A DNA stretch of 24,000 nucleotides from assembly GCA_022710385.1 (NCBI GenBank), contig JAKLGZ010000004.1, positions 11,379 through 35,378 of the forward strand, in the 5' to 3' direction. Position numbers and translations under genes: made by a program. Source of the stretch: Methanoregula sp. (GTDB lineage: Archaea > Halobacteriota > Methanomicrobia > Methanomicrobiales > Methanospirillaceae). Below the pieces are notes generated by a model. That model searched no databases. It saw nothing but the letters and a program-made list of their open reading frames with translations, and was not told the DNA's origin. Below are positions 13,701 through 21,537 of this stretch, piece after piece (position 1 is the first letter of the stretch; every line of letters starts with the position of its first letter).

Positions 13701-15786
13701 AATCCCAGATACCGTCGTTGTCCCAGTCCCATTCATACCGGCTGATGACCCCACCGTAAGGGTCAGATGATCCGCTGGCGTTCAGGGTGATACCCTCTCC
13801 CACCGATCCCTCGTAGGGTCCTCCCGGATCTGCGGATGGCTGGGCGTTGATGTCGACCATGGTAGAACTCCACGATGACCAGGTCCCCTTGCTGTCCTGG
13901 ACCCTCAGCTGCACGGTCTTTTCACCAGAGCAGGATGCGTTGTACGTGTGGGTGGGGCTGATACCGCTTCCACGGGTGGTCCCGTCATCCCAGTCCCATT
14001 CGTAAACGACAATCGAGTCTCCTGGATCAGGGTCAAACGATCCACTGCTGTCAAAGGCAATGGCCGTCTCGGTTCTGCTGCAGGACGGGCCGCCCGGGAC
14101 CGCAACGGGGGGAGCGTTTGGTGCTGCATCGCTGATGGTGGCGGTGGTCCTTCCTATATCGATCAGCCCGTTGGAGTCGGTGACTGTCAGGGCAACGACA
14201 TAGGTGCCGCCTGCACTGTACTGATGGACTGGGGTAGCACCGCTGCCATGTGGTCCTGAATCGCCCCAGTCCCAATCGTATGAAATGGCATCCCCATCGG
14301 GGTCGTACGATCCCGCGGCACTGAAGGATAGCTCCTGGTTGACACTGCCACTATAAGGTCCTCCGTGATCTGCGTATGGGATCATATTCAGGGCACGAAG
14401 TGCCGCAGAGGCATTCACCAGTCCTCCAACCGGCTTGTCAGTATCGACAGGAGTTGACGTAGCCCGCAGAATGGTTCGCACCTGGTCAGGGGTGAGGGAA
14501 GGGTTGAGATCGAGCATCAATGCAACAATACCGGCAACCTGGGGAGTTGCCCCGGAAGTTCCACTAAAATTCGTAACAAAAGCATCACCCGGTGCCGATG
14601 TAAAGAGTGATTCGCCGTATGCAGCGACATCTACCCGGGATCCATAATTGCTTGCCTGGCCCCCTGACCAGAATGCCCGTTGATTACTGAAATTGAGTGC
14701 ACCGACAATGATACTGCCCGTATCAACAATGGATTCTGTTACCAGTTGCTGGTTATAGTTGCCTGCTGCAGCAACGACCGGTATGCCCGTGTTCACCACG
14801 GTAATCACTGCATTCTGGACTGCAGTAATGGTTTCAGCAGAGCCAGTAGCGGTTTGGGCTTCTAATACCACGATGTCTGCGTTGCGGCTAATTCCTCCCA
14901 GCACCGAATTTGCGAGAGCCGTGTTAAAATTTTCATCGTCTAGTCGTGCATCATAATTCCAGTATTGGAGAGGGATGATCTGCGAATGATAAGCAATGCC
15001 CGCCATCTCCTGTCCGTTTGCTTCTGCGGCGATGATTCCGACAACTGCCGTGCCATGGCGTACCTGTGTCCCATCCTCGACATTGTATGGTGCATGGAAA
15101 TCGGCAAAATCATAGCGCTGTGCAAGGTCATAGTTCGCTGCAAGTTCAAAGTGGGTGAGGTTGAACCCGGCGTCACAATCCGCGAGGGTAATCCCACTCC
15201 CATCAGCATTGAGCCAGGCGGAAGGGACATTCATTCTGATGAGATACCATTGATCGGTAACCTGGTTGCCTATCCGGGGATCAGCCGGCAACAACAGGGG
15301 AGGGGGTACAATGGACACTAATTCTGCCCTTTCGACGTAACTCAGTTGATTGAGCGTCGTCGCAATATCAATGATATCGGCAGTCTCCGGAAAAGAGAGA
15401 TCGTAATGTAGGTTCAGGTCGGGATTTTTCTTCTTTGATTTTTTTTCAGCAGTGTCCTTTAACTCTTTCAATTCTTCTTTTGAATATTTCTCAAAGACAC
15501 GTTTGGCCTTCAGGATATGGTTCTCGATCAGAATAGCATTGAATTCAGAGATATCCAGGCCACTATCGGACACAAAGATGTCAGTATCCCCAGGACTGAT
15601 AGCACCGGATTTTACCGAGTGGATCTCCGACCCTTCCTGGAATTTGACCTGCACCATGCCAGGTTGCAGAATAATGTCATCAGAAGCAGAAGTGAACCCA
15701 ACAGAGAAGAGGCATATTCCGATCAAAAAAAATACCATCCAGGGTATCATCCAGTATTGCTCATGCACTGTGGGGCTCGTTTTCAT
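10771..15786 (-). CDS. Giant secreted multidomain subtilisin-like (S8) serine protease: signal/TM, propeptide-like region, S8 domain, five PKD-type domains, helical module, linker, 7-blade propeller, Fn3-like domain, dockerin-like tail
   Basis: The catalytic triad motifs are LADCDAGF (D205), VRHGTAVVG (H244) and FSGTSGATPQVAG (S411, codon 14554-14556). PKD-type WDWGD/WDWDD motifs are present. GGGGGAT lies 6 nt upstream of the ATG at 15786. The protein is 1671 aa. Confidence 0.9.
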   Translation of the reverse strand: MKTSPTVHEQYWMIPWMVFFLIGICLFSVGFTSASDDIILQPGMVQVKFQEGSEIHSVKSGAISPGDTDIFVSDSGLDISEFNAILIENHILKAKRVFEKYSKEELKELKDTAEKKSKKKNPDLNLHYDLSFPETADIIDIATTLNQLSYVERAELVSIVPPPLLLPADPRIGNQVTDQWYLIRMNVPSAWLNADGSGITLADCDAGFNLTHFELAANYDLAQRYDFADFHAPYNVEDGTQVRHGTAVVGIIAAEANGQEMAGIAYHSQIIPLQYWNYDARLDDENFNTALANSVLGGISRNADIVVLEAQTATGSAETITAVQNAVITVVNTGIPVVAAAGNYNQQLVTESIVDTGSIIVGALNFSNQRAFWSGGQASNYGSRVDVAAYGESLFTSAPGDAFVTNFSGTSGATPQVAGIVALMLDLNPSLTPDQVRTILRATSTPVDTDKPVGGLVNASAALRALNMIPYADHGGPYSGSVNQELSFSAAGSYDPDGDAISYDWDWGDSGPHGSGATPVHQYSAGGTYVVALTVTDSNGLIDIGRTTATISDAAPNAPPVAVPGGPSCSRTETAIAFDSSGSFDPDPGDSIVVYEWDWDDGTTRGSGISPTHTYNASCSGEKTVQLRVQDSKGTWSSWSSTMVDINAQPSADPGGPYEGSVGEGITLNASGSSDPYGGVISRYEWDWDNDGIWDWATDAATADHTFNTSGLQTVRLRVRDSFDCGAGPWWSDVVLFAVDIINNNTPPLVNGGPDGEIEEGQMFTSAGSYTDADGSDTPIATVDYGDGSGVQPLTLAADKTFALNHTYGDDNTCSVTITVTDTNGLSGTAIVFVTVNNAAPCVTPGTMTQPNPQFILPNQTLTFDGIFSDPGWLDTHAVNWEFGDGSGTGTLTEENIPPDATGTVTASHTYHAPGDYTVIFRVSDDDGGEASSAAWTIHVADVAEAEQDLADYIQNLPSSAFDGSEIKRKSSFSNTFSALDDMTANEEWDRVIRTLQSNVHDRADGMIDGKSCDDWIINLTAQQHICMKIDDIVAFVKTTEREEPPPAAATSSSAGTELPRLTKDASKQDLSLDNEEYDTENALITEGSPEESMKMISRVSVSSDGTQGDRYSNYPSISADGRFVAFGSNASNLVTGDLNGVRDVFVHDLLTHTTTRISVAMDGTPENGYSQNPSLSADGRYVTFHSYASNLVTGDTNGVADVFVRDLLTHTTTRVSVSSAGLQADKISTYPSISGDGRYVAFHSSATNLLSGDSNGMSDVFIHDLQTHTTTRVSISSAGDQGDSGSAYPSISGNGRYVAFYSSATNLVSGDLNEDDDVFVRDLQEGTTLLVSVSTTGTQGDLDSSHPSISANGRYVAFHSSATNLVSGDMNEDDDVFVRDLQEGTTRLVSVSSTGEQGDRISSYPSISPDGRYVGFDSFATNLVPGDTNDNSDIFIRDLQEATTIRISLALEGTETNGNSYYPSVSSEGRCIAFQSTATNLVNGDTNGVSDVFVSSSAAPEITPPGSLTGLVNSTYQRRSINWTWTDPTDDDFSHVMIWLDGVWQANVTKGIRNYTANGLPADTGHTLGTHTVDTAGNINLTWVNHTAWTAPGAQYVVSLPGQVNVPTDPDGDGLYEDVNGGGTIGFFDVVLFFNHVEWMRENEPVTAFDFSGNGDIGFQDVVLFFNQVG
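10774..10965 (-). other. Dockerin-like C-terminal domain (two EF-hand-like Ca-binding repeats)
   Basis: DPDGDGLYEDVNGGGTIGFFDVVLFFNHV and FDFSGNGDIGFQDVVLFFNQVG fit the duplicated D.NG.G.I...D pattern of type I dockerins. Confidence 0.65.
11296..12507 (-). repeat. Seven tandem ~58-60-aa repeats (174-180 nt): TolB/PD40-like beta-propeller blades
   Basis: The repeat unit is (R/L)(V/I)S(V/I)SS.G.QGD..S.YPSIS.DGRYVAF.S.A(T/S)NLV.GD.N...DVFV.DL...TT. There are seven copies between aa 1094 and 1497. Confidence 0.85.
12667..12963 (-). other. ~100-aa helical module of the S8 protein, paralogous to the C-terminus of the C1 protease
   Basis: DVAEAEQDLADYIQNLPSSAFDG...FSALDDMTANEEWDRVIRTLQSNVHDRADGMIDGKSCDDWI...QQHICMKIDDIVAFV aligns with aa 809-908 of the 15878-18604 product. 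Confidence 0.7.
12964..14370 (-). other. Array of five PKD-type Ig-like domains in the S8 protein
   Basis: It spans aa ~473-941. Recurrent motifs are FDASGS/YDPDGD...Y.WDWGDG...H.Y...G.Y.V.L.V.D. Confidence 0.75.
14383..15264 (-). other. Peptidase S8 catalytic domain of the 1671-aa protein
   Basis: It spans aa ~175-468 and contains the D/H/S motifs listed for the parent CDS. Confidence 0.8.
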
Positions 15787-15848
15787 TTTTTATCCCCCTT
15801 GTATCCATCATTGGTGTAGTTGGATCAGCTCGTTCTCTGCACGAAGAG

Positions 15849-15855
15849 AAAAAAA
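15849..15855 (-). terminator. Oligo-T (T7 on the minus strand) after the C1 protease gene
   Basis: An A7 run on the plus strand lies 23 nt downstream of the stop at 15878-15880, in the 91-nt spacer before the S8 gene. Confidence 0.3.
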
Positions 15856-15877
15856 TGAGGTATTGGATCTCTTCACC

Positions 15878-18604
15878 TTACATGAAGGTCTCCACATATG
15901 CCACGATATCATCGATCTTCATGCAGATGTGTTCCTGAGCGACTTTGTCAGTTATCCAGTCATCGTTGGGTTTTCCATCTACATGTCCGTCAGCCTTCTC
16001 GCGAACATTGTTCTGGATTGACGTGACAAAGCCGTTCCATTCCTCATTCTCGATCATGTCATCCAGGGCATCAAACATGTTGGCGAATGCTGCCTTCCGT
16101 TGATCTGCCTTGCCCTTGAATGCACTGGGAGGGAGGCTCTGGATATAGCCAGCCAGGATATGCTTCGCTTCAGCCACATCTGCGACATGGACGGACCATT
16201 CTCCAGTAGTGGTTGCACCACCATCATCGTCGGTCACCGTGACAGTCACCAGGTAGTCGCCCGGTGCGCTGTAGGCATGGGTTGCCATTACCGTCCCGGT
16301 CGCATCCGGGTAGAGGTTCTCTTCTGTCAACGTTCCGACAGCTGTCTGGCCATCACCAAATGACCAGAGAGCGGTGTGGCTGTCGCACCACCCGGGATCA
16401 CTGAACGTGCCGTGGAAAGTCAAGGTTTGCAATGGCAGGATGAACTCGGGGTTCGGCTGTTCCATCGCACCTTTCGTGACGGTGGGAGCGACGTTGTTGA
16501 CCGTGACGATGAGCTCGTCGGTCCCCGTATCACCATCGTCATCAGTGACGGTGAGTGTCACGGTATAGACGCCGTTATCGCAATACTCATGCGTGGGCAT
16601 CAGGGTCCCGGTCACCGCAGGGCTGCCATCGCCGAATTCCCATGAGTAGCTGAGCGTATCACAGGTCCCGGCATCTGTCGCCGTGCCACTGAACGATACG
16701 GTATCACCTTCATCGATGGTCTGGTCATCACCTGCATGGGCGACTGGTGCGACATTGTTGACCGTGACAGTAAGCGTGTCCGTGTCTGAAGCACCGTCGT
16801 CATCGGTGACTGTCAGTATCACGGAATAGACTCCGTTATCACAGTACTCGTGTGTTGGCGCTTGACCACTCCCACTGGATCCGTCATTAAAGTCCCACGA
16901 GTAGGTGAACGTATCGCAGTATCCTCCACCGGTCGCCGATCCATCGAACTGAACAGTATCACCTTCATCGACGGTCTGGTCCGGCCCGGCGTACGCTTCA
17001 GGGGGGACATTGTTGACCGTGACCGTGACCGTGTCGGTATCTTCTCCCCCGTCACCATCATTGACGGTCAATATCACGGTATGGGGGCCGAGCTCGCAAT
17101 AGGTAAATGTGGTAACTGGCACGGCAGCAAATTGGTCTCCGACACCGAAGTCCCAGTGGTAGCTGAGTGTATCGCATCCCTGATCGGATGAGCCACTGGC
17201 ATCGAACGTTACTTCCTGGCCTTCATTTGCGATCAATGGATTCACGAGAGCAACTGCAACTGGGTCTACGTTCGTCACGGTTACTGGTGCCGTATCATTG
17301 CTCGGAATGATGACGATCCCATCGGTTACTTCAAGGGTAACCGTGCCACTATACTCATCGCACCAGGTGTGGCTCACCGTAGCATCCGTGGTCCAGTCTA
17401 TCTCAAAGATCCCATCTCCGTTGAGATCCCAGCGGTACTGGAGGGTATCGCCATCAGGATCGGAACTACCGGATGCATCGAAGGTGATCATGGTTCCTTC
17501 TGGGGCATTGTAAGGACCACCCGCGTTCGCTATCGGGGGGTGGTTTGCGAACTGAACAGTCAACCTTTCAAAGTAGAAAGCCTGTCCGCTGTCACTCTTA
17601 CCGGGGGCGAGGGTTTGGTAATTCATATCCATTGGGATACGGAAGAGCCCATTCGGTCGGAGACCTCCAGCGGTTCCCCAACTGTTCAGGACTACCCAAT
17701 AGTGATTTGCAGGGTTGGGATCTGAATTGTCATATCCAACAATTGTCACTGCATGGGCACCGCCTGTTGTTGAATTCCATGCTACTCCATCTTCCTGATC
17801 CATATCGAAGATAGCATTCTCGTTGTTACTCCCCCACCAATTGCTAAAAGTAGACCAGACAGGCAGATAGAATGAAAATATCACAGCCTCGTTATTATCC
17901 ACCACTGCCTTGATATTTGCAATTGCTTGTGCCTGTGTTGTTGATCCCATGGTTGTGATGGTTTGTTGCTGCACATTGGTAAGTGCGTAATTGGGAGTTG
18001 TTGTGATCGTTGCAAAGGGAACGGCTGTAGAGTCATTTGGAGGGAGGCAGGGATTGCTTGGATCGGCATTATGACAGCATCGAATACCATCCTGGAAATT
18101 TGCATTGGTGTTCGGGGCCCACGGGACCGCGAATTGAAGGCCAGCAGTATTATAAAACGATGCAAATTGAGCCGGCCATCCCCCACAGCATGCGAATCCG
18201 CCAGGACCGCCATTGTTATACCTGGAATTAAACCATTGGACAGAGAGGCGATCATTAATTCCATAGGTTACATGATGAGCCATTTCCATCGCAGCGGTAC
18301 TGGCAAACACCCAGCAATTACCGCAACTCCCCTGATTCCTGTCTCCTGGAACATACGTAATGAACGGGAGATTGTCGTGCGAAGTTGGGGCATCATCGGG
18401 AGGAAGAGACGGCAAGTCTGCGGCCGTGATGTGAACTGCAGTGTCATAATCATGCTGCATCTCAGCCATTTGTTCGGGTGTTAGATGCATGTATCCTGCT
18501 GATCCATCGCACCCGCAATCACCACAACCATCTGTTGCAGAACTCACATTGATGAGAAGTAAACCAAACAGAAGTAAAACTACCACTAATTTCCATGTCT
18601 TCAT
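15878..18604 (-). CDS. Secreted papain-like (C1) cysteine protease with four PKD domains, a fifth PKD-like domain and a C-terminal helical module
   Basis: The signal peptide is MKTWKLVVVLLLFGLLLINVSSA. Catalytic motifs are NQGSCGNCWVFAS (Cys97, codon 18314-18316), GGAHAVTIVGYD (His284) and VVLNSWG (Asn307). The RBS GAGGTGA lies 5 nt upstream of the ATG at 18604. The protein is 908 aa. Confidence 0.9.
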   Translation of the reverse strand: MKTWKLVVVLLLFGLLLINVSSATDGCGDCGCDGSAGYMHLTPEQMAEMQHDYDTAVHITAADLPSLPPDDAPTSHDNLPFITYVPGDRNQGSCGNCWVFASTAAMEMAHHVTYGINDRLSVQWFNSRYNNGGPGGFACCGGWPAQFASFYNTAGLQFAVPWAPNTNANFQDGIRCCHNADPSNPCLPPNDSTAVPFATITTTPNYALTNVQQQTITTMGSTTQAQAIANIKAVVDNNEAVIFSFYLPVWSTFSNWWGSNNENAIFDMDQEDGVAWNSTTGGAHAVTIVGYDNSDPNPANHYWVVLNSWGTAGGLRPNGLFRIPMDMNYQTLAPGKSDSGQAFYFERLTVQFANHPPIANAGGPYNAPEGTMITFDASGSSDPDGDTLQYRWDLNGDGIFEIDWTTDATVSHTWCDEYSGTVTLEVTDGIVIIPSNDTAPVTVTNVDPVAVALVNPLIANEGQEVTFDASGSSDQGCDTLSYHWDFGVGDQFAAVPVTTFTYCELGPHTVILTVNDGDGGEDTDTVTVTVNNVPPEAYAGPDQTVDEGDTVQFDGSATGGGYCDTFTYSWDFNDGSSGSGQAPTHEYCDNGVYSVILTVTDDDGASDTDTLTVTVNNVAPVAHAGDDQTIDEGDTVSFSGTATDAGTCDTLSYSWEFGDGSPAVTGTLMPTHEYCDNGVYTVTLTVTDDDGDTGTDELIVTVNNVAPTVTKGAMEQPNPEFILPLQTLTFHGTFSDPGWCDSHTALWSFGDGQTAVGTLTEENLYPDATGTVMATHAYSAPGDYLVTVTVTDDDGGATTTGEWSVHVADVAEAKHILAGYIQSLPPSAFKGKADQRKAAFANMFDALDDMIENEEWNGFVTSIQNNVREKADGHVDGKPNDDWITDKVAQEHICMKIDDIVAYVETFM
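15881..16498 (-). other. ~205-aa module (PKD-like domain plus helical domain) shared with the S8 protein at 12667-13281
   Basis: NNVAPTVTKGAMEQPNPEFILPLQTLTFHGTFSDPGW...TLTEENLYPDATGTV...HVADVAEAKH...EHICMKIDDIVAYV aligns collinearly with NNAAPCVTPGTMTQPNPQFILPNQTLTFDGIFSDPGW...HVADVAEAEQ...QHICMKIDDIVAFV. More than half the residues are identical by eye. Confidence 0.8.
17570..18382 (-). other. Peptidase C1 catalytic domain
   Basis: It spans aa ~75-345 and carries the Cys/His/Asn motifs listed for the parent CDS. Confidence 0.8.
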
Positions 18605-19142
18605 ACATTCACCTCGATCAGGAGATTCGTTAGGGTACTCCCGCAGACAGGTTCGAAAGATTTCATCCCCTTTGTCACCTAGTCAGGAGTTTTTCCCTCT
18701 ACCATCTAGGAGATGAGGCACAGCCGACCATCAGATGCCATAGAAGTAAATAGGTCATCATTCCCGTATTTCATGACATTCTCAATGTCTGGAGTCGTGG
18801 CAATATGTTGGATGGATCCATCCCTGAGTTTCACTATGAGGCAGTACACTAGATGGCATACGGGAACCAGATCTATTTTTCTGGCTCCAGCGTGTAAAAC
18901 ACCATTAGTGCACTATAAAAGTATTTGCCAACCAATGATGGTGACAAAATGGTGAAGGCTTCCATTCCTGCCTCTGACACCTTTCTAATAACGGGAAATG
19001 AGTCTTCATGTTTTTGGTTCACCCCATGGCGTGAGATGAAGGGCTCGTGAATTACAGGGGAGTGTCCGAGTAATTGAGGCAGTATCATCATCACCTATAA
19101 CATGAGAAAATGCAATCATTCCCTGAGAGGAGGAGATAAGCG

Positions 19143-20726
19143 GTGGCTTTGAAAAAAAACCTGGTCATAATGACAATCCTCATTGCCTCTCTGGCATTGA
19201 GTATAGGAATTGTGAGCGCTGCAATACCGACCGATGCGTTGGAAGTCGATGGATCGGGATGCCCCAGCTGCTATCGTCCAATAGCAGAATTTACCTCCGA
19301 TATTCGATATGGCAATGCCCCATTGACGGTCCAGTTCTTTGATCAGTCCGTAAACTTCCCGACCAGCTGGGCGTGGGACTTCCAGAATGACAACATCAGG
19401 GACAGCCAGTCGAAAAACCCAGCCTTCACCTACACGGAACCCGGCTCCTACTCCGTGAAATTGACGGCTACCAATGGGCAGGGGAGTGATACCGAGATCA
19501 AGTACAGCTACATCACGGTGTTCCCCAAGCCGACCATCACCCTAGTCTCTCCCAACGGTGGTGATGACTGGCCGCAGGGCACCTACCAGATCATCAGGTG
19601 GGAGTATACCGGGTATCCGGGTTCCACGGTCAGGATCGAGCTGCTGAATGGGTCAACCCTGTTCAGGATCGTCACCCCCGGCACCCCGGTGGGAACAGAC
19701 GGAACAGGGTCTCTCATTGTGCCAGTACCGCCTGACATGCCCCTCGGGACCGAGTACCGGGTCCGCGTCACCAGCACCACCTATCCGAGTATAGGCGATA
19801 CCAGTGATCTGCCCTTCTCGATCAGCGTGATCCCCTCCATCACAGTCGCAACTCCAGGGGGTGGTGAGGACTGGGTGCAGGGTTCCCTGCAGACCATCGA
19901 GTGGAACTATACCAGTAACCCCGGGCCTTTTGTCACCATCGAACTCCTGAAGGGAACCGCAGTGCGGGTGGTTCATCAGAGTTATGCTGTCGGGTCCGAC
20001 GGGTCGGGATCGTTCCCTGTAACGGTTCCCTATGCCCTGCCCCCAGGCAACGATTACCAGATCCGGGTCACCAGTACCAGATGCCCGGTCTGCATAGATA
20101 CGAGCGATTCACCCTTCACGATCAGTCCGGCGATTACCGTCCTGTCTCCTGACGGCGGTGAAGATTGGATTCAGGGTTCCAGCCAGACCATTCGCTGGAA
20201 TTATACCGGCAATCCCGGATCCACCGTCAAAATCGAGGCACTCCGGTCGGGAACGCTCTTGAAGACTATCAGCTCCAGCTTTCCTATCGGATTGAATGGA
20301 ACAGGATCTCTGGATCTGACCGTTCCCTTCTCCACCCCCCTCGGTGATGATTATACGATCCGGGTCACCAGCACCCGCTACCCTGCCTGTACGGATACGA
20401 GCGATGCATCATTCATGATTGTTCCCGCTCTCACCGTTGTCTCTCCAACCGATGGGGAAACCTTTTCCCTGGGATCTGACCTTCCCACACGCTGGACGTA
20501 TACCGGCAATCCCGGTCCCACGGTAAAAATCGAGGTGTTGAAAGGAACAACACTCCTGAAAACGCTCACGGGTATTCTGATCGACGCGAGTGAATCCAGT
20601 CCCTATCTTGTTCCAATTCCCTCCTCCACTCCGACCGGACCTGATTACCGGATACGGGTCACCAGCACCAGCTATCCCACCTGTACTGATGTAAGCAATG
20701 GGACATTTGCGATCAGTGATGTGTGA
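19143..20726 (+). CDS. Secreted surface protein: signal peptide, one PKD domain, four ~99-aa Kre9/KNH-like (Ser-Thr-rich GPI-anchored family type) Ig-like repeats
   Basis: A GTG start at 19143 is preceded by GAGAGGAGGAG (19125-19135). The signal peptide is ALKKNLVIMTILIASLALSIGIVSA. The PKD domain covers nt ~19278-19520. The four repeats have the form P.ITV.SP.GGEDW.QGS.QTI.W.YTGNPG.TV.IE.L.G......YRIRVTST.YP.C.DTSD..F.I. Confidence 0.85.
   Translation: MALKKNLVIMTILIASLALSIGIVSAAIPTDALEVDGSGCPSCYRPIAEFTSDIRYGNAPLTVQFFDQSVNFPTSWAWDFQNDNIRDSQSKNPAFTYTEPGSYSVKLTATNGQGSDTEIKYSYITVFPKPTITLVSPNGGDDWPQGTYQIIRWEYTGYPGSTVRIELLNGSTLFRIVTPGTPVGTDGTGSLIVPVPPDMPLGTEYRVRVTSTTYPSIGDTSDLPFSISVIPSITVATPGGGEDWVQGSLQTIEWNYTSNPGPFVTIELLKGTAVRVVHQSYAVGSDGSGSFPVTVPYALPPGNDYQIRVTSTRCPVCIDTSDSPFTISPAITVLSPDGGEDWIQGSSQTIRWNYTGNPGSTVKIEALRSGTLLKTISSSFPIGLNGTGSLDLTVPFSTPLGDDYTIRVTSTRYPACTDTSDASFMIVPALTVVSPTDGETFSLGSDLPTRWTYTGNPGPTVKIEVLKGTTLLKTLTGILIDASESSPYLVPIPSSTPTGPDYRIRVTSTSYPTCTDVSNGTFAISDV
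19530..20723 (+). repeat. Four tandem ~297-300-nt coding repeats (Kre9/KNH-like domains)
   Basis: The repeats cover aa 130-229, 230-328, 329-427 and 428-527. They are diverged at nucleotide level. Confidence 0.8.
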
Positions 20727-20746
20727 GCGGTGAGTGAAGAGTCCCC

Positions 20747-20752
20747 TTTTTT
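20747..20752 (+). terminator. Oligo-T (T6) after the PKD/Kre9-like gene
   Basis: ccccTTTTTTccc lies 21 nt after the stop at 20724-20726. Confidence 0.35.
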
Positions 20753-20886
20753 CCCATCTCTTTAAATATTTATCTTGCAGCATCGATTATCGATGATAAT
20801 TCAGCGTACATGTGGGAGCTACAGGTTCGGCCTCTCGATACATTCTAGAGAAGAAAATGAACGCCGTGCAACATTCATACAAGGGC

Positions 20887-20906
20887 AAAAAATCACCTGA
20901 AAAAAA
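20887..20906 (-). terminator. Two oligo-T tracts (T7 and T6 on the minus strand) after paralog A
   Basis: A7 (20900-20906) and A6 (20887-20892) on the plus strand lie immediately downstream of the stop at 20914-20916. Confidence 0.4.
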
Positions 20907-20913
20907 GAGAGGG

Positions 20914-21537
20914 TTACCATTCGAACCTGGCGCCATACCCTCCGATATAAACCCCTCCGTAACTCATCGTTGACGGATTTCGAATACTCAAAGACATTCC
21001 CAGTCCACGATTGAATCGAATCCATTCACCCAGATTAATAATATGAACGGTAAAATCATCAGGGCTTTTGAGCGGAGGGGTAAAATAAATTGTCTTGATA
21101 TAATGAGGTCCATTATAAATTTCTAGATGTTCAATTTCTGCTCCCCCCGTTGTATAATAATACAAACCAAGGTACCTAACTGCGGGGTATATTCCCCCCT
21201 GCTTCGAGTCATAACTAAAGAAGGGGCAGGTTACAAGGACGTGATTATTCTGGGGAACAAGACTGACGTAATAGCCGGTAGCAGAATTACCCTCATAATA
21301 AACACCTAATGATCCCGTATTGGCCTCTGCCATTGATCCATGCAAAAAAACGGTATCATAATTTGTAAAAGCACCCCCATTGAGGACGGGGCTCTGAGTG
21401 CCAGTAATACTTACCCCTGATCCACCAACTATAGCAGGGTATCTATCCCTGGATATTGCGTCTGTTTCTGCCATTCCTGGTATAAAGAGCATTACCATGA
21501 ATACTCCTCCCAGCAGTAGTACCATCACCCGTTTCAA
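20914..21537 (-). CDS. Small secreted protein of unknown function, GYGARFEW-terminal family, paralog A
   Basis: The signal peptide is (M)KRVMVLLLGGVFMVMLFIPGMA. The protein aligns along its whole length with paralog B (NYDTVF.HG, CP..SYD.K.GG..P.VRYL, IYNG, FNRGL, GYGARFEW*). I propose a TTG start at 21537 because it aligns with paralog B's ATG and follows GAGGTGAGGAAA. Alternative starts are GTG at 21546 and ATG at 21525. Confidence 0.75.
   Translation of the reverse strand: MKRVMVLLLGGVFMVMLFIPGMAETDAISRDRYPAIVGGSGVSITGTQSPVLNGGAFTNYDTVFLHGSMAEANTGSLGVYYEGNSATGYYVSLVPQNNHVLVTCPFFSYDSKQGGIYPAVRYLGLYYYTTGGAEIEHLEIYNGPHYIKTIYFTPPLKSPDDFTVHIINLGEWIRFNRGLGMSLSIRNPSTMSYGGVYIGGYGARFEW

Noticed and set aside
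2529-18316. The SCGNC string occurs both in the Gln-rich protein (twice) and at the C1 protease active site (QGSCGNCW); CGDCGC follows the protease signal peptide
   Set aside because: In the protease it is the canonical papain-family active-site context. A shared pentapeptide is too short to imply homology, so I treat it as coincidence.
18713-19094. ORFs 18713-18955 (+) and 18873-19094 (-) in the long divergent spacer
   Set aside because: They overlap each other. There are no motifs, signal peptides or RBS. I kept only the spacer itself as a low-interest observation.
20781-20795. A perfect 7-1-7 palindrome, catcgatTatcgatg, in the convergent spacer
   Set aside because: It is short and contains two ClaI-like ATCGAT sites. 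It cannot form a useful hairpin with a 1-nt loop, and it occurs once, so chance is plausible in AT-rich spacer.
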